64,000 nt of DNA from a bacterium (GCA_021786315.1 JAJYNN010000002.1:462997-526996); one strand, 5' to 3'; positions 37,648 through 48,105 are shown, numbered from the stretch's first letter. Notes: generated by a model from the sequence alone, not told the origin. Translations and numbers: made by a program.

Positions 37648-39138
37648 ATGAATTTAGAATTCAGAATTAAGAATTGGAATTGGTTATATTGGACTATACC
37701 GGTCTTTCTTTTTTTTGCTCAATGGATATTTACAGCTAACTCTATGTCTCAAATCCGCTACGAAGAACTGGCAGAATCTGTCCGTAACCCTTTTTGGCTC
37801 CAAAACCACACAATATATGACGGCGTTTCCAGTAATGTGGGGTGGTACGGAACTTTGCTGGTTATATATAAAATATTGGGGTTTACCTTAAATACAGCCA
37901 AGATCTACCGGTTAGTACTATCTTTAATATCGCTGTTTTCTTTAGCAGCATTGCTTAAAAAATTCCTTGGGGAGAAGTATGCCTGGATTCCACTTGTGAC
38001 AATTGGGTTGTCCCCCACTCTTTTGTATTTTAATACCTTACAAACTTCTTATGGCCTTGACCTGCAGTATTTCCCGATAACTTTATACCTTCTATCGACC
38101 ATAGACTTTAAGAAACTTTGGAATTCATTGTTCAAACAATCCTTAGTTTTTACAATTGCCATGATAGCCTGGATGTCCTATCCGACGTTCGTTTTCTATC
38201 TGCCGATTTTAGGGTTGGTATACCTTTATCAAATAAAAACACAGAAAGTCTATAGAAATTTCCTGCTCCTTGCCGGCGGTATCCTTGTTTCGTTTATATC
38301 ATTTGCCGCCCCTGTTGTTTTGGCTTTCCTTTACGTTAAGGATAAAAATCTATTGTTTTATGACCCCAAGGTCCAAAGCGGAATTTTCCGGGGAGCAGGA
38401 ACCCTGTATTTGAACTGGGGTAACTTTTGGCAAAACTTCTCAGGGACTTTGGGTGATCTCTTTAACTCGGCAGGAAGTTATTACTTTGAGGTATCTGTAG
38501 TGGATTTTTCCCACCTTCTTCCGCTTTTGGCAGTATTCTTCGTGGTTATTTTAGGAATTGTTTTAACGTTTCACCAGAAGAAAGCCCGCTTTCCGCTAAT
38601 CCTTATCTGGTTGGTGTTTATCACCAGTTTGATATTGGCAAACTTAACTTTTGATCCCAGCGGTAAGCCCGGTATCCGCCGCAGTACCAGTCTTCTGGCT
38701 AGCGTCTATGCCCTGTTTACAGTTTGCTGGTACTATACTGCGAAATGGAAAACTGAAAATTCCTCACTTAAAGTATTTGTTGTTGCCCTGCTCCTTATAA
38801 TCCCATTTCATCACCTATTGGCAATACCTTTTAACTTAGGAAACTTAACAGTGTCCAGCCCTTACCGGTACTCACTGCTCTTTGATGCAGCGGATACTCC
38901 GGCAAAGTCCTTAGATTTATTTATAGATGCCGCCCGGAAGCAAGACCTAAAACTGGGATGTAAAGACAAGGACGGGAAAGAAGCCACTTGCCGCTACGTC
39001 GAAGGCTATGCGGCAGTTGCTGGGTCTTGCCTGTGGAATAACTTAAACTGCCGTCCTATTTTAGGTTATGACGATAAAAAACAAGAGTTTATCCCCCTCA
39101 AGGTAGACCTTTGGGAAACCTACTACTGGAACCATTAA
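37648..39138 (+). CDS. Polytopic membrane protein, putative GT-C glycosyltransferase
   Basis: Polytopic; its N-terminus is encoded by a heptamer repeat (MNLEFRIKNWNW). Confidence 0.45.
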   Translation: MNLEFRIKNWNWLYWTIPVFLFFAQWIFTANSMSQIRYEELAESVRNPFWLQNHTIYDGVSSNVGWYGTLLVIYKILGFTLNTAKIYRLVLSLISLFSLAALLKKFLGEKYAWIPLVTIGLSPTLLYFNTLQTSYGLDLQYFPITLYLLSTIDFKKLWNSLFKQSLVFTIAMIAWMSYPTFVFYLPILGLVYLYQIKTQKVYRNFLLLAGGILVSFISFAAPVVLAFLYVKDKNLLFYDPKVQSGIFRGAGTLYLNWGNFWQNFSGTLGDLFNSAGSYYFEVSVVDFSHLLPLLAVFFVVILGIVLTFHQKKARFPLILIWLVFITSLILANLTFDPSGKPGIRRSTSLLASVYALFTVCWYYTAKWKTENSSLKVFVVALLLIIPFHHLLAIPFNLGNLTVSSPYRYSLLFDAADTPAKSLDLFIDAARKQDLKLGCKDKDGKEATCRYVEGYAAVAGSCLWNNLNCRPILGYDDKKQEFIPLKVDLWETYYWNH

Positions 39139-39140
39139 AG

Positions 39141-40634
39141 TTATTTTCTTTCCGACAGTGGCTTTAGTTTGGCAACGACAACCGAATATCCGTTTTGCTG
39201 GCCAACTAACACCTTCTCGGTGACATTCTTATTAATATAATCAGCCAGGATTTGATGTGGAATCCAGGTAAAAATTATATAGTCAGTTGAGTCTAAAACC
39301 TTCTTATATTTCACCGGATCAATGGGGAAATAGGGATCAGCAGTTTCATAAAACCTTAAGTTGGGATTATTTTTTAAATCAAAATATGGATCCGGTGTGG
39401 CTGATATAAATATCCCGGCCTTTTTATCCGGAGGGATCTCTTTCATCAGGTAATTTTCAATTGCGGCAGTATACTGATGATAGCTGTAACTACTTGTGCT
39501 CCAAAGAGACCTTTTACCGGAATCGGTTATTGCCAAATTGTCGTTGTTAAAAAACTGAATATTTAGATTAGCGATAACCAAAAGCAGGGGAACAATAAAT
39601 ATAACATTGGGAAGGTCATTTTTTATAAACCCGGCAGTTGCTAAAACTGATACCAACGCCAAAATTAGGAATGGCTGAAAGTAAAGCATATATCCCCCCT
39701 CTTTGGCCAGAAGTGAAAAAACAGCTGATACGGTTAAAGCAATGAACAAGGTCCGCAGCTTTTCATCAGCGCGGTTTTGAACAAAGCGGAACAAAAAGAT
39801 TAGGGCAATTGCAAACTCCATGGTTAGAAGAAAACGCCAGGATAAATCAGAGCTCCAGAGGACAAAAGCGAAAGGAGGCTTCAGACTTTTATCATGAAAG
39901 TGAGTCAGGAGGCTTTGGGCAAGCGGGAGGATTTGCTGCTGGTTGGTAAGAAACCATAGGAATATTCCTCCGGCAACAGGCAATCCGGCAAAGATTAAGC
40001 GGTAAAACTTCTTTTTTACGGAAGTATTCTGGAAAATAATTATCAGGAGAAGTATCAGCGGGACCATTGTTCCGGTGGGGTGAGTGAGTGCTGCCAGGGC
40101 AGCGAAGGTCCCCGGTATCAGGTAAAAAGAGAGCCTCTTTTTTGACTGGGCCAAAATAGCAGTCCAAAAACAGAGCATCATAAACAAAAGCATCTGCATT
40201 TCCATCCTCCCTAAGTGAGATGCCCGGGTAAAATTAATATTTAAAGAAAGAAGTAATGTTCCCAGAAAGGCCCAAGAGTGCCGTTTGAATATACGTTTGG
40301 CAGTGAGATAAAACACCGCTAAGGTGATGATGGCCAGAAATAAAGAAAAAGCCCGCAAAACTTCAATGCTTTGTCCAAAGAGGCCAATCCACCCGGACAT
40401 AAGATAAAAGTAAAGCGGCGGGTATCCAAGTTGGGTTTTTTCCAGGTCGGGGAAGATACCTCCGTAGATATTGGTAGAGATAGCTCCATGGATTAAGAGG
40501 TTGTCCGCCATCTGGTAAAAGACCGGTTCATCCGGCCAGACCGGCGGGTCTTTGAGGAAGAAAAGGTGGTTGACAAAAAGGAAAGGCAGAAGGGCCAGGG
40601 AGATGAAGATGAAGTACCGCCAGAAAACTTTCAT
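39141..40634 (-). CDS. GT-C-like membrane glycosyltransferase (paralogue of 32561..34075)
   Basis: PVWPDEPVFYQMADNLL, the same loop motif as the paralogue. Confidence 0.6.
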   Translation of the reverse strand: MKVFWRYFIFISLALLPFLFVNHLFFLKDPPVWPDEPVFYQMADNLLIHGAISTNIYGGIFPDLEKTQLGYPPLYFYLMSGWIGLFGQSIEVLRAFSLFLAIITLAVFYLTAKRIFKRHSWAFLGTLLLSLNINFTRASHLGRMEMQMLLFMMLCFWTAILAQSKKRLSFYLIPGTFAALAALTHPTGTMVPLILLLIIIFQNTSVKKKFYRLIFAGLPVAGGIFLWFLTNQQQILPLAQSLLTHFHDKSLKPPFAFVLWSSDLSWRFLLTMEFAIALIFLFRFVQNRADEKLRTLFIALTVSAVFSLLAKEGGYMLYFQPFLILALVSVLATAGFIKNDLPNVIFIVPLLLVIANLNIQFFNNDNLAITDSGKRSLWSTSSYSYHQYTAAIENYLMKEIPPDKKAGIFISATPDPYFDLKNNPNLRFYETADPYFPIDPVKYKKVLDSTDYIIFTWIPHQILADYINKNVTEKVLVGQQNGYSVVVAKLKPLSERK

Positions 40635-40641
40635 TTCCTCT

Positions 40642-42450
40642 TCATTTTACCTGATAAAGGGCATCAAAAAACATCCGCTGAATCGGGTGTCGTTTGTGGA
40701 GTTTTAAAAGCTTCCAAACATTCGGAATAGGATACTCATTTCTTTTAATATTGGAGTTGTCAGTAGTACGGGATTTTCGCCACTGTTTGGTATAAAACAT
40801 GCCGCGAGTTAGCCGGTCAATTTGCCTTAAATAGTTATCTATCTGTGGGCGGGTCATCTCATGAAGGGAGCTGATATTCAAAAACAGGTCAAAACTTTTA
40901 TCCGGCAGATATTCCATTTGTTGCGGCATTAAAAACCTAATACGGGCCGATTCAAATTCCCTTTTGATCTCCTTATAGGAAGCAAAAGGCCGGAAGCGGA
41001 AAATTTTTTCCCGGGGGTAAAGTTGGCTTAAATACTCCTGGGAGATAAACAATGCCGGGGGAATATCGATGATTGTGTATTTTGCCTTTGGTTTCGCCTG
41101 CAGAAAAGCATAACTAAGCCTACCGTAACCTGCTCCCAGCTCGGCAATATTTTTAGCCCCTCCTCTGCCTTTGGCAGAGTAGAATTCATAAACGGAGTTG
41201 CAAAGATCCTGGGAGATAACTTTTCCTTTATATCTGATAGCATACGGGTCTCCCAGCAGTGGTTCCTCTAATTTGTGCAGAAGTTTTAATTTATCGATGC
41301 GGGAAACATAATCGTAAAGATAAGCAACGGAGATGCGGTAGATGAAGCTGCTTACCAGGTTAAATCTTTGGATACCTGTTTGCGCCGTCGGTTTAATATT
41401 GTGACTTCTGAAAATGGGTGACAAGCTGCCTCTTACAAGCTCGCTAAAAATAGGTAATAGCTGCTGGGCTAAGATTTCCCAGGTTACCCAGTTAAAATAC
41501 TGGGTGTTTACCGAGCGCTTAAAGCCGATAAGACCCGAGGTTATCAGGTTGCGCGTGTGGCTGCGGTTTAGCTTTTTCCAAAAAGCTGAGGGTTGGTAGA
41601 TAGGAGGAGCTTGTTTAAGATGTTCTGCCATCGTTTTTAGCTCCTGCTGTTTGTCTTTGGACAACCCCAAAGAAGCACGCTCTTTGGCAGTTGTTTGATC
41701 TTTCCTTAGATATATCTTTCGGGTTTGGGCGACAAACCAAATTTTCCAGATGTAGAAAAAGATCAACACCGCCCATTTGGCTTGATCCAGAAAAGTCTCA
41801 GTAATGGATGACTTTCCTACCCGTCTGCGAAAATTGACCGGGATTTCAATAAACTTTACATTATTTTTTGCCGCCACAAGAACCCACTCAGTAATAAAGA
41901 TAGCTCCGTCGGACTGACATTCCTTAACAACTTTGTCCCAACCCCGGCGGTTAGTAAGCCTGAGGATACACCCAACATCGGTCAACCGGCTGCATAAGAA
42001 AAGGGTATTGATCAACCTGCCAAACAAAAAATCGAGCATCCGGCGGATAAAATGCATTGAGGCTCCCTTCTCAATCATTGAATAGTGGGTGCGGGTGGCA
42101 AAAACGGTATCAAAATCCTCACTGTAGGATAGAAGTTTGGCGACATCCTTACCGGAAAAGGTGCCGTCCGGCTCGGCAATAATCAGAAGTTCTGCTTTAG
42201 TAGAGGCAATACCTTTACGGATAGCGCTGCCTACTCCCTGGCGTGCTTCTTTGACCAGTTTTGCCCGGGTCTTCTGCACCTCTTTTTCAGTGCCTGTTTC
42301 GGCATTGTTATCAACTACAATGATCTCGTCGATGTATCCAGAGGCATCAAATTCGCGGATAGCTTTGTAGATTGAGCCTTTTTCTCTAAAGGTGGGGAAA
42401 ATTACAGCTACCTTTTTACCTTTCCACATAATATGCCCCGATTCTACCAT
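40642..42450 (-). CDS. GT2 polyprenyl-phospho-sugar synthase-like glycosyltransferase fused to a C-terminal SAM-methyltransferase-like domain
   Basis: N-terminus VAVIFPTFREKGSIYKAI..VVDNNAETG..AEPDG (DPM1/GtrB-like) plus TM anchor; C-terminus has AELGAGYGRLSYAF (E.G.G.G motif I). Confidence 0.7.
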   Translation of the reverse strand: MVESGHIMWKGKKVAVIFPTFREKGSIYKAIREFDASGYIDEIIVVDNNAETGTEKEVQKTRAKLVKEARQGVGSAIRKGIASTKAELLIIAEPDGTFSGKDVAKLLSYSEDFDTVFATRTHYSMIEKGASMHFIRRMLDFLFGRLINTLFLCSRLTDVGCILRLTNRRGWDKVVKECQSDGAIFITEWVLVAAKNNVKFIEIPVNFRRRVGKSSITETFLDQAKWAVLIFFYIWKIWFVAQTRKIYLRKDQTTAKERASLGLSKDKQQELKTMAEHLKQAPPIYQPSAFWKKLNRSHTRNLITSGLIGFKRSVNTQYFNWVTWEILAQQLLPIFSELVRGSLSPIFRSHNIKPTAQTGIQRFNLVSSFIYRISVAYLYDYVSRIDKLKLLHKLEEPLLGDPYAIRYKGKVISQDLCNSVYEFYSAKGRGGAKNIAELGAGYGRLSYAFLQAKPKAKYTIIDIPPALFISQEYLSQLYPREKIFRFRPFASYKEIKREFESARIRFLMPQQMEYLPDKSFDLFLNISSLHEMTRPQIDNYLRQIDRLTRGMFYTKQWRKSRTTDNSNIKRNEYPIPNVWKLLKLHKRHPIQRMFFDALYQVK

Positions 42451-42473
42451 ATGTATTTCTTATTTTTAGACAT

Positions 42474-43394
42474 TTGTGTAAGATCAGTGATATGAAAAGC
42501 GCTTGTAGACTTTGCGGAAGTGGAAACATTGCCAGTTTAAGCAAAAGCATGGATTATTCCCAATGCGGTGATTGTCAATTTGTCTGGAGTAAAAAAAGCC
42601 AAAATGTACACTACAATGCGGACTATTACCAAGGACGATCTTCACTTCTTTCAGCTGTCTTTTGCCTCATCTTTAACTTCTTCTATTGGCTCAGACGACA
42701 GTATGTAGGTGATAAGAAATATAAACTGTGGATTGATGTTGGGGCTGGTGACGGAGCTTTTCTAAAAACTGTAAAAGCAGACAAGCGAATTGGAGTGGAG
42801 ATCTCTTCCTCAGGAAGACAGATGATGCAGGATTTAGGACTAGATGTCCTCTCAGATAAGGAATTTCTAAAAAAATCCTGCTTTAAAGCCGATGTGATCT
42901 CTTTTTGGCATGTGTTGGAACATACCTCGGATCCGGAGAGTTATATCCAAGCCGCCAAACAAAACTTAGCCCCAACAGGCAAACTTGTTATTGGTGTTCC
43001 CAATATCAGCAGTTGGGAGTTTAAGCTGTTTGGCAAAAAGTGGTTTCACTATGCCCACCCTTACCATCAAAGGCACTTTTCTCCCAGTTCTCTTGGTTTT
43101 CTGCTGCAAAAAAATGGATTTCGAGTTAAGAAGAAGGATTACTTTTCTCCTGAGCATCATTTTTCCGGATTGTTGCAGTCATTTATTAACTGGCGGTCCG
43201 ACTCCAAGGATGTGTTGCATAAGCTAACCAAAAGAAGTTCGGAACAGTTTACGGGGATGAGTTTTGCCAACTGGCTTTGGGTATTATTTTGGATAAGTTT
43301 AGGACTTCCTTTAGTAGCTGCCTTCTGGGTTTTTGCTTCTTTGACTGGGCGCCCCGGAGCATTTGTGGTGGTAGCTACCCTTAAAAAACGTTAA
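42474..43394 (+). CDS. Class I SAM-dependent methyltransferase with N-terminal zinc ribbon and C-terminal TM
   Basis: CRLCGSGN..CGDCQFVW; WIDVGAGDGAFL motif I; LAPTGKLVIGVPN. Confidence 0.65.
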   Translation: MCKISDMKSACRLCGSGNIASLSKSMDYSQCGDCQFVWSKKSQNVHYNADYYQGRSSLLSAVFCLIFNFFYWLRRQYVGDKKYKLWIDVGAGDGAFLKTVKADKRIGVEISSSGRQMMQDLGLDVLSDKEFLKKSCFKADVISFWHVLEHTSDPESYIQAAKQNLAPTGKLVIGVPNISSWEFKLFGKKWFHYAHPYHQRHFSPSSLGFLLQKNGFRVKKKDYFSPEHHFSGLLQSFINWRSDSKDVLHKLTKRSSEQFTGMSFANWLWVLFWISLGLPLVAAFWVFASLTGRPGAFVVVATLKKR

Positions 43395-44944
43395 TCTTTG
43401 GAATAGATAATTAGATCTTTGCTTTGGAAAACCGGTTTTAAGAAAGAATACCCTAAGACCTTTGCTTGTGGGTTTTGGCCCAATTGTTTTTCTTCTTCGC
43501 CCCAAACTATGTAGGTAATATCTGCCTGATCCAAAAATCTTTTCGCGCTTTCCGTAGAAACTTTTTGAGAATAAAAAGCTGCCAGATTTTGAATTTTTTC
43601 TGAAGCATGGGGAGTCTGTAATAAATGGCCAAAATACACTCTTGCTTTTGTATTAGCAGGTATATAGTTTCCTAAAGTATATCCGCTTAAAACCCCGGCA
43701 TTGTCTTTATCGGCCAGATAGTCTAGAGCGTTTTTTTCGTCAATACTTAAATAAAACCAATGGTTGTCCTTTTTAACCTCCTGAATCCGTTCACTAAACA
43801 TAAAAAAGCTGGAAATAGATGTTAACACCAGAAACAATCCTATCAATATTTTTAAAGGCAATTTGGAAGTTTTAGAAATCTGGTCTAAAGCGAAGACAGA
43901 GAGAATAATTCCCGGGAAAAATAACCCTCTCAAATAAAATCGGGCAAATCCCAGGGGAATAAAGGCTAAAATTATACTTGTTATGAACCAAACATTCAGG
44001 AACATAACCCCCTCCCCTTTTGGCTTTTTTATGAACTGATAGATTAACAACGGGGTTAATACTCCATAGCCCGAGATAATCTGAAAGATATTAGGTGTGG
44101 TTAGATTTTGGGAAAGTACGCCGGAAAAACCATTATTCCCTTTTAAACTGAGGAAATAAGCCCAAAAGACAATTACTGCTGGTGTAAAGATAAGTAAAAA
44201 ATTGAAGAAAGGCTTTTTTTCTCCATCACGGAAATACAGGATTAGGGAATAAAGACCGGCTATAATGGCAAAACTCGCCAGGTAATAGGGGTAAAAAATG
44301 ACCAGAAAGCCAAGAGAAATAAGAGAAAAAACAAGCCATTTTCTTGTCTCCTCTTTTGTCGCTAAATAGAAGCTAACTAAAGATAGAAGATAAAAAATGA
44401 TTCCAAAGGCTTCATGGGGACGCTGGAATTGGCTGGCAAAAGTAAATCCGGTGATATAAAGGTCCGAGGATTGGAAATTAGGAAAAAATAACCATCCCAC
44501 TCCTCCACCCAGGGCAATGGCGATAGTTGCCATCAGTGAAATAAAACGGGCTTTTAAAAAGATCCTGCACAAAAACCAAAGTGTAACAAGCAGGATAAAA
44601 CCTGAGATAATTGCTGCCAGGTGAAAAAGTAACTGCGGTGAAGTTTGGGGAAACGCAAATCCTGTCAGTGTATAGACAGGATACATCAGCACTGAAGGAT
44701 GCGTTTGGGCAGTGTAGGTATTTTGCAGCAGTAGTCCGTGTCCTTGCCCCCACCTGATTGCTGCCACGTAAACATTGATATCCCAGGGGTCAAACCAGGA
44801 AGCCTGACCGGAAAAACTCTTTCCGGAAGGAGTGTTTTGCCAAGCGTAATAATCAGGAAAATGATAAACAAAAAGTATGGAGATGGATAATAGGAGAAGG
44901 GCAATAATTGTAAATATCTGTTTTTGTTTCATAACTACCACCAA
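43391..44944 (-). CDS. Polytopic membrane protein, putative GT-C glycosyltransferase
   Basis: ~12 TMs; part of the same island. Confidence 0.45.
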   Translation of the reverse strand: MVVVMKQKQIFTIIALLLLSISILFVYHFPDYYAWQNTPSGKSFSGQASWFDPWDINVYVAAIRWGQGHGLLLQNTYTAQTHPSVLMYPVYTLTGFAFPQTSPQLLFHLAAIISGFILLVTLWFLCRIFLKARFISLMATIAIALGGGVGWLFFPNFQSSDLYITGFTFASQFQRPHEAFGIIFYLLSLVSFYLATKEETRKWLVFSLISLGFLVIFYPYYLASFAIIAGLYSLILYFRDGEKKPFFNFLLIFTPAVIVFWAYFLSLKGNNGFSGVLSQNLTTPNIFQIISGYGVLTPLLIYQFIKKPKGEGVMFLNVWFITSIILAFIPLGFARFYLRGLFFPGIILSVFALDQISKTSKLPLKILIGLFLVLTSISSFFMFSERIQEVKKDNHWFYLSIDEKNALDYLADKDNAGVLSGYTLGNYIPANTKARVYFGHLLQTPHASEKIQNLAAFYSQKVSTESAKRFLDQADITYIVWGEEEKQLGQNPQAKVLGYSFLKPVFQSKDLIIYSKD

Positions 44945-46683
44945 TAAGGATTTTTCGATTTTTCCAGGTATTTTTGGATAGTTGGCGGGACAAAAATACT
45001 GTTTTGGGTATTAGCTAAGTTAGCCATTACCAGGTTTCCAACCGGAGAATCAGGAAAAAGGCTTAAGGCTTTTTCATCGAAAGCTTTAGCGCTGTTTAGA
45101 TTTTCCGTATTAAAGAGAAAGATGCTTGTTCTAAGGTATGACAAGTGGTTATCAAAAGAATAATCATCAGGTTTAATTTGGTCGAGGTCGATTGCTTTTA
45201 ACCCCAGTCTTTGGGCCGCCTCATCTTTTACTAAAATAATCATAAAATCATCCAGATAGACAACTTTCCACCTCGGATCTTTGGTGATAAAACTAAAGAA
45301 GGTTTTGGCCCAGGGAGTTTGGTCGGTGTGAGAGAAGATGATGGTTTGGAAATTATAATGTTTGTCCGCCTCGGCAAAATTTTCCGGAGACTCCTGCATG
45401 GGTATATAAATTTTTTGGAAAAAGCTGGCAGGATAGGCTTCCGGACGGCCGTCAACAAAGACTTTATACCGGGGGAATCCCCGGTAAATAATATAACTCC
45501 CAATATCAAAATTATTAAAAATTGGTTGGGGCAAGTTGTGGTCTAAAACAAAGTCCATCGCTTTCTGAACTTGGGCGCGATATTCAATTTTAGGTAAAGT
45601 GTTTTTATCACTATACCTATAGTAATCGCCGTCCAGGTAAATGAAGCTTTCAAAAAGCAAGATTGCAATAGTCAGCCCTGCTATGGATATAGTAATCCAT
45701 GATTTTTTAATGGTACCAAAATTTAAAACTGCGGCGGGTAAAGTAATTAAAGCTAAGTAGGGAAAACTACGGACATTAGCTAAGGCTAGTATTATTCCGG
45801 CAGAAACAAGTAAAGAATTTTTAAGGGAAAAGTTACGGCGGACTAAAGAAACTGCCAAAGAGATTACGGCGATTAAAATTGAGAGTTTGACGAATAAATA
45901 ATCCGGATCCTTAAAATTTAAGCTTTCCAGAAGGAACATACTCTGGTTCTCGGCAATGGTATAACCATAATTCCCAAACACCTGTAACGGATAAATGAGT
46001 CCCTTAAATGTATTTGGGTTGAGTAAACTTACAAGCGGCGACAGTAAACAAACACCAAGCAGGATTTTAAAACGGGAAAAATCTTTTTTGGAAAGAAAAT
46101 GGACAAGGAAAATCCCCTGCAAAATAAACCCAACCGGGAAATAAATATGAGTATTGACCCAGAGAAATTGGATTACCGGCAAAATATAGACTAATTTCGA
46201 CTTGGTATTTTCAAATCTTGTAAGAATAAAGTATGTAAGTGCTGTAAAAAGGAAACTTAATATTTCCGGCCTGAGCTCTACCCTATCCCTTAACGTGTGC
46301 AAAAAGATAAATCCAATAGGCAACACCAAAAGGTAACTTGACCTGGGGATAACAGACAAAACCAACCCTAAAGAAACAAGCAAAAGGGCAATTTTTATCC
46401 ACAGGATTGCACCTAGCCCAATTGATTGTTTTCCGTAAAATAATAAAATCTCAAATAAATAATGGTGGTTGATAAAAGGAAAATCCGGATTTGTATAGGA
46501 AAAAAGATTTGTTTTGGGGACTTGTCCGGTGGTGGCAATTATTTCACCAAGTTTAATGTGCCTGCCTAAATCCTGGTCAAAAGAAAAATCGGTCCGGAAG
46601 GAAAAAGAGAAAACAAAAAAGAGTAACAGGATTATTGCTAAAGGGATCCTTTTAAGGGAAGCTGCCATACAACGATTGTACAA
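44935..46683 (-). CDS. Polytopic membrane protein, putative GT-C glycosyltransferase
   Basis: ~12 TMs plus a soluble C-terminal domain. Confidence 0.45.
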   Translation of the reverse strand: MYNRCMAASLKRIPLAIILLLFFVFSFSFRTDFSFDQDLGRHIKLGEIIATTGQVPKTNLFSYTNPDFPFINHHYLFEILLFYGKQSIGLGAILWIKIALLLVSLGLVLSVIPRSSYLLVLPIGFIFLHTLRDRVELRPEILSFLFTALTYFILTRFENTKSKLVYILPVIQFLWVNTHIYFPVGFILQGIFLVHFLSKKDFSRFKILLGVCLLSPLVSLLNPNTFKGLIYPLQVFGNYGYTIAENQSMFLLESLNFKDPDYLFVKLSILIAVISLAVSLVRRNFSLKNSLLVSAGIILALANVRSFPYLALITLPAAVLNFGTIKKSWITISIAGLTIAILLFESFIYLDGDYYRYSDKNTLPKIEYRAQVQKAMDFVLDHNLPQPIFNNFDIGSYIIYRGFPRYKVFVDGRPEAYPASFFQKIYIPMQESPENFAEADKHYNFQTIIFSHTDQTPWAKTFFSFITKDPRWKVVYLDDFMIILVKDEAAQRLGLKAIDLDQIKPDDYSFDNHLSYLRTSIFLFNTENLNSAKAFDEKALSLFPDSPVGNLVMANLANTQNSIFVPPTIQKYLEKSKNPYWW

Positions 46684-46758
46684 CGCGGATCTCTGGTTTG
46701 TCTTGACGATATCCTATTGTGAAGGTACTATAAATCTAGAGAGGAGGTGATAATAAGT

Positions 46759-47019
46759 TTGAAAAAATTATACGTAGGTAATTTACCGTGGTCGGTAGAC
46801 AGCAATAAACTAAAAGAATTATTTGGCAAATATGCATCTGTAACTTCCGCCTCAGTGCTTACCGACCGAGAAACAGGAAGAAGCCGTGGTTTTGGTTTTG
46901 TAGAGTTTTCCGATGACAATGAAGCAAATCAAGCTATCCAAGAGATGAATGGTGCTGATATTGAAGGAAGAAAATTAGTTGTTAATGAAGCAAGGCCCAG
47001 GGAAGACCGCCGACCTTAA
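46759..47019 (+). CDS. RRM-domain RNA-binding protein (TTG start 9 nt after GGAGG)
   Basis: RNP2 LYVGNL and RNP1 RGFGFVEF motifs. Confidence 0.8.
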   Translation: MKKLYVGNLPWSVDSNKLKELFGKYASVTSASVLTDRETGRSRGFGFVEFSDDNEANQAIQEMNGADIEGRKLVVNEARPREDRRP

Positions 47020-47026
47020 TTTATTT

Positions 47027-47947
47027 TTAAAGTAAGTTAGCAAAAGCTGCTAAATCTATACTCCCACTTACCTTGATACGAGGCATGTTGTAAATTGTGC
47101 CCTCAGACTGCATCTTAGAAGCCCAAGTCCCTACAGCTCCCAAATATCCCGCCTTTTGAACCTCTGCAACTACCAGGTTGCTGCTGGCTCCTCCAGGGTA
47201 AGCCATAAAGTTGATCGGTACCCCCAGCTCATCCTGAAGGACTTTTTTGCTTTCAGTTAACTCACTATCCAGGGAAGAAATGGATAATGAAGGCAGATTG
47301 TAGTGGTGCACTGAATGGGCTCCATAGGTTATTAATCCCGATCCCGCCATCTCTTTAATTTGAGCCCAGGTTAGGTAATACCCCTGATTCATTAGTCCTG
47401 TGGGAATAAATACTGTTGCGTGGATACCATATTGTCGCAAAATTTGATAGGCATTGTAATAAAAGTCTTCATACCCGTCATCAACTGTTACAATAACCGG
47501 TTTAGGGGGCAAGCTTCCTCCGTTCATTAAAGCCGGATAAAGACTATCTAGCGTAATAGTGTTGTAACCGTTGTCATGAAGATACTTCATCTGTGCAGTA
47601 AACTTATCCGGAGAGATAGACAAGGCATCACGGGCTATGTCTTTAGGATTGGGGTTATTGCCGATATAGTGGTACAAAAGGATCGGTACCCTCAGCTCTC
47701 TTCCATTTATTTGCGGTGTATATATTTCGGCCTTTTGGGATTCCTTGGCCGGGGTGGCTGATGTGGTCGCCAGAGATGCGGATGAACTGGAATTTTTTAC
47801 TGTGTTGGTAAGCAGGGATTTTTTTATTGCAAAATTTAAAGGCGTTGAAGTTTTTTGCAAAGACAGAAGCGCAAGAAGAAATATAGAAATCCCTGAAAGA
47901 AGAAGTACGGACAAGGGAACCTTAAACCCAAAGAACTTTATCCTCAT
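47027..47947 (-). CDS. Polysaccharide deacetylase (NodB-homology) family protein, secreted/anchored
   Basis: VTVDDGYEDFY and His-rich HSVHHYN motifs; N-terminal TM. Confidence 0.75.
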   Translation of the reverse strand: MRIKFFGFKVPLSVLLLSGISIFLLALLSLQKTSTPLNFAIKKSLLTNTVKNSSSSASLATTSATPAKESQKAEIYTPQINGRELRVPILLYHYIGNNPNPKDIARDALSISPDKFTAQMKYLHDNGYNTITLDSLYPALMNGGSLPPKPVIVTVDDGYEDFYYNAYQILRQYGIHATVFIPTGLMNQGYYLTWAQIKEMAGSGLITYGAHSVHHYNLPSLSISSLDSELTESKKVLQDELGVPINFMAYPGGASSNLVVAEVQKAGYLGAVGTWASKMQSEGTIYNMPRIKVSGSIDLAAFANLL

Positions 47948-47994
47948 TAAACCATTTTAACAGTGGTCAAATTTAATGACTAGAGTTGGGTTAG

Positions 47995-48076
47995 TGCCGC
48001 GGGTGGGACTCGAACCCACAAGACCAAAGGCCAAAGGATTTTAAGTCCTTCGTGTATACCATTCCACCACCGCGGC
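47995..48076 (-). tRNA. tRNA-Leu (anticodon TAA), long variable arm
   Basis: RC reads GCCGCGGTGGTGGAATGGTATACACGAAGGACTTAAAATCCTT..GTGGGTTCGAGTCCCACCCGCGGCA. Confidence 0.8.
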
Positions 48077-48105
48077 GTGATCCTGTACTTATACCTTTTT
48101 TGCAG

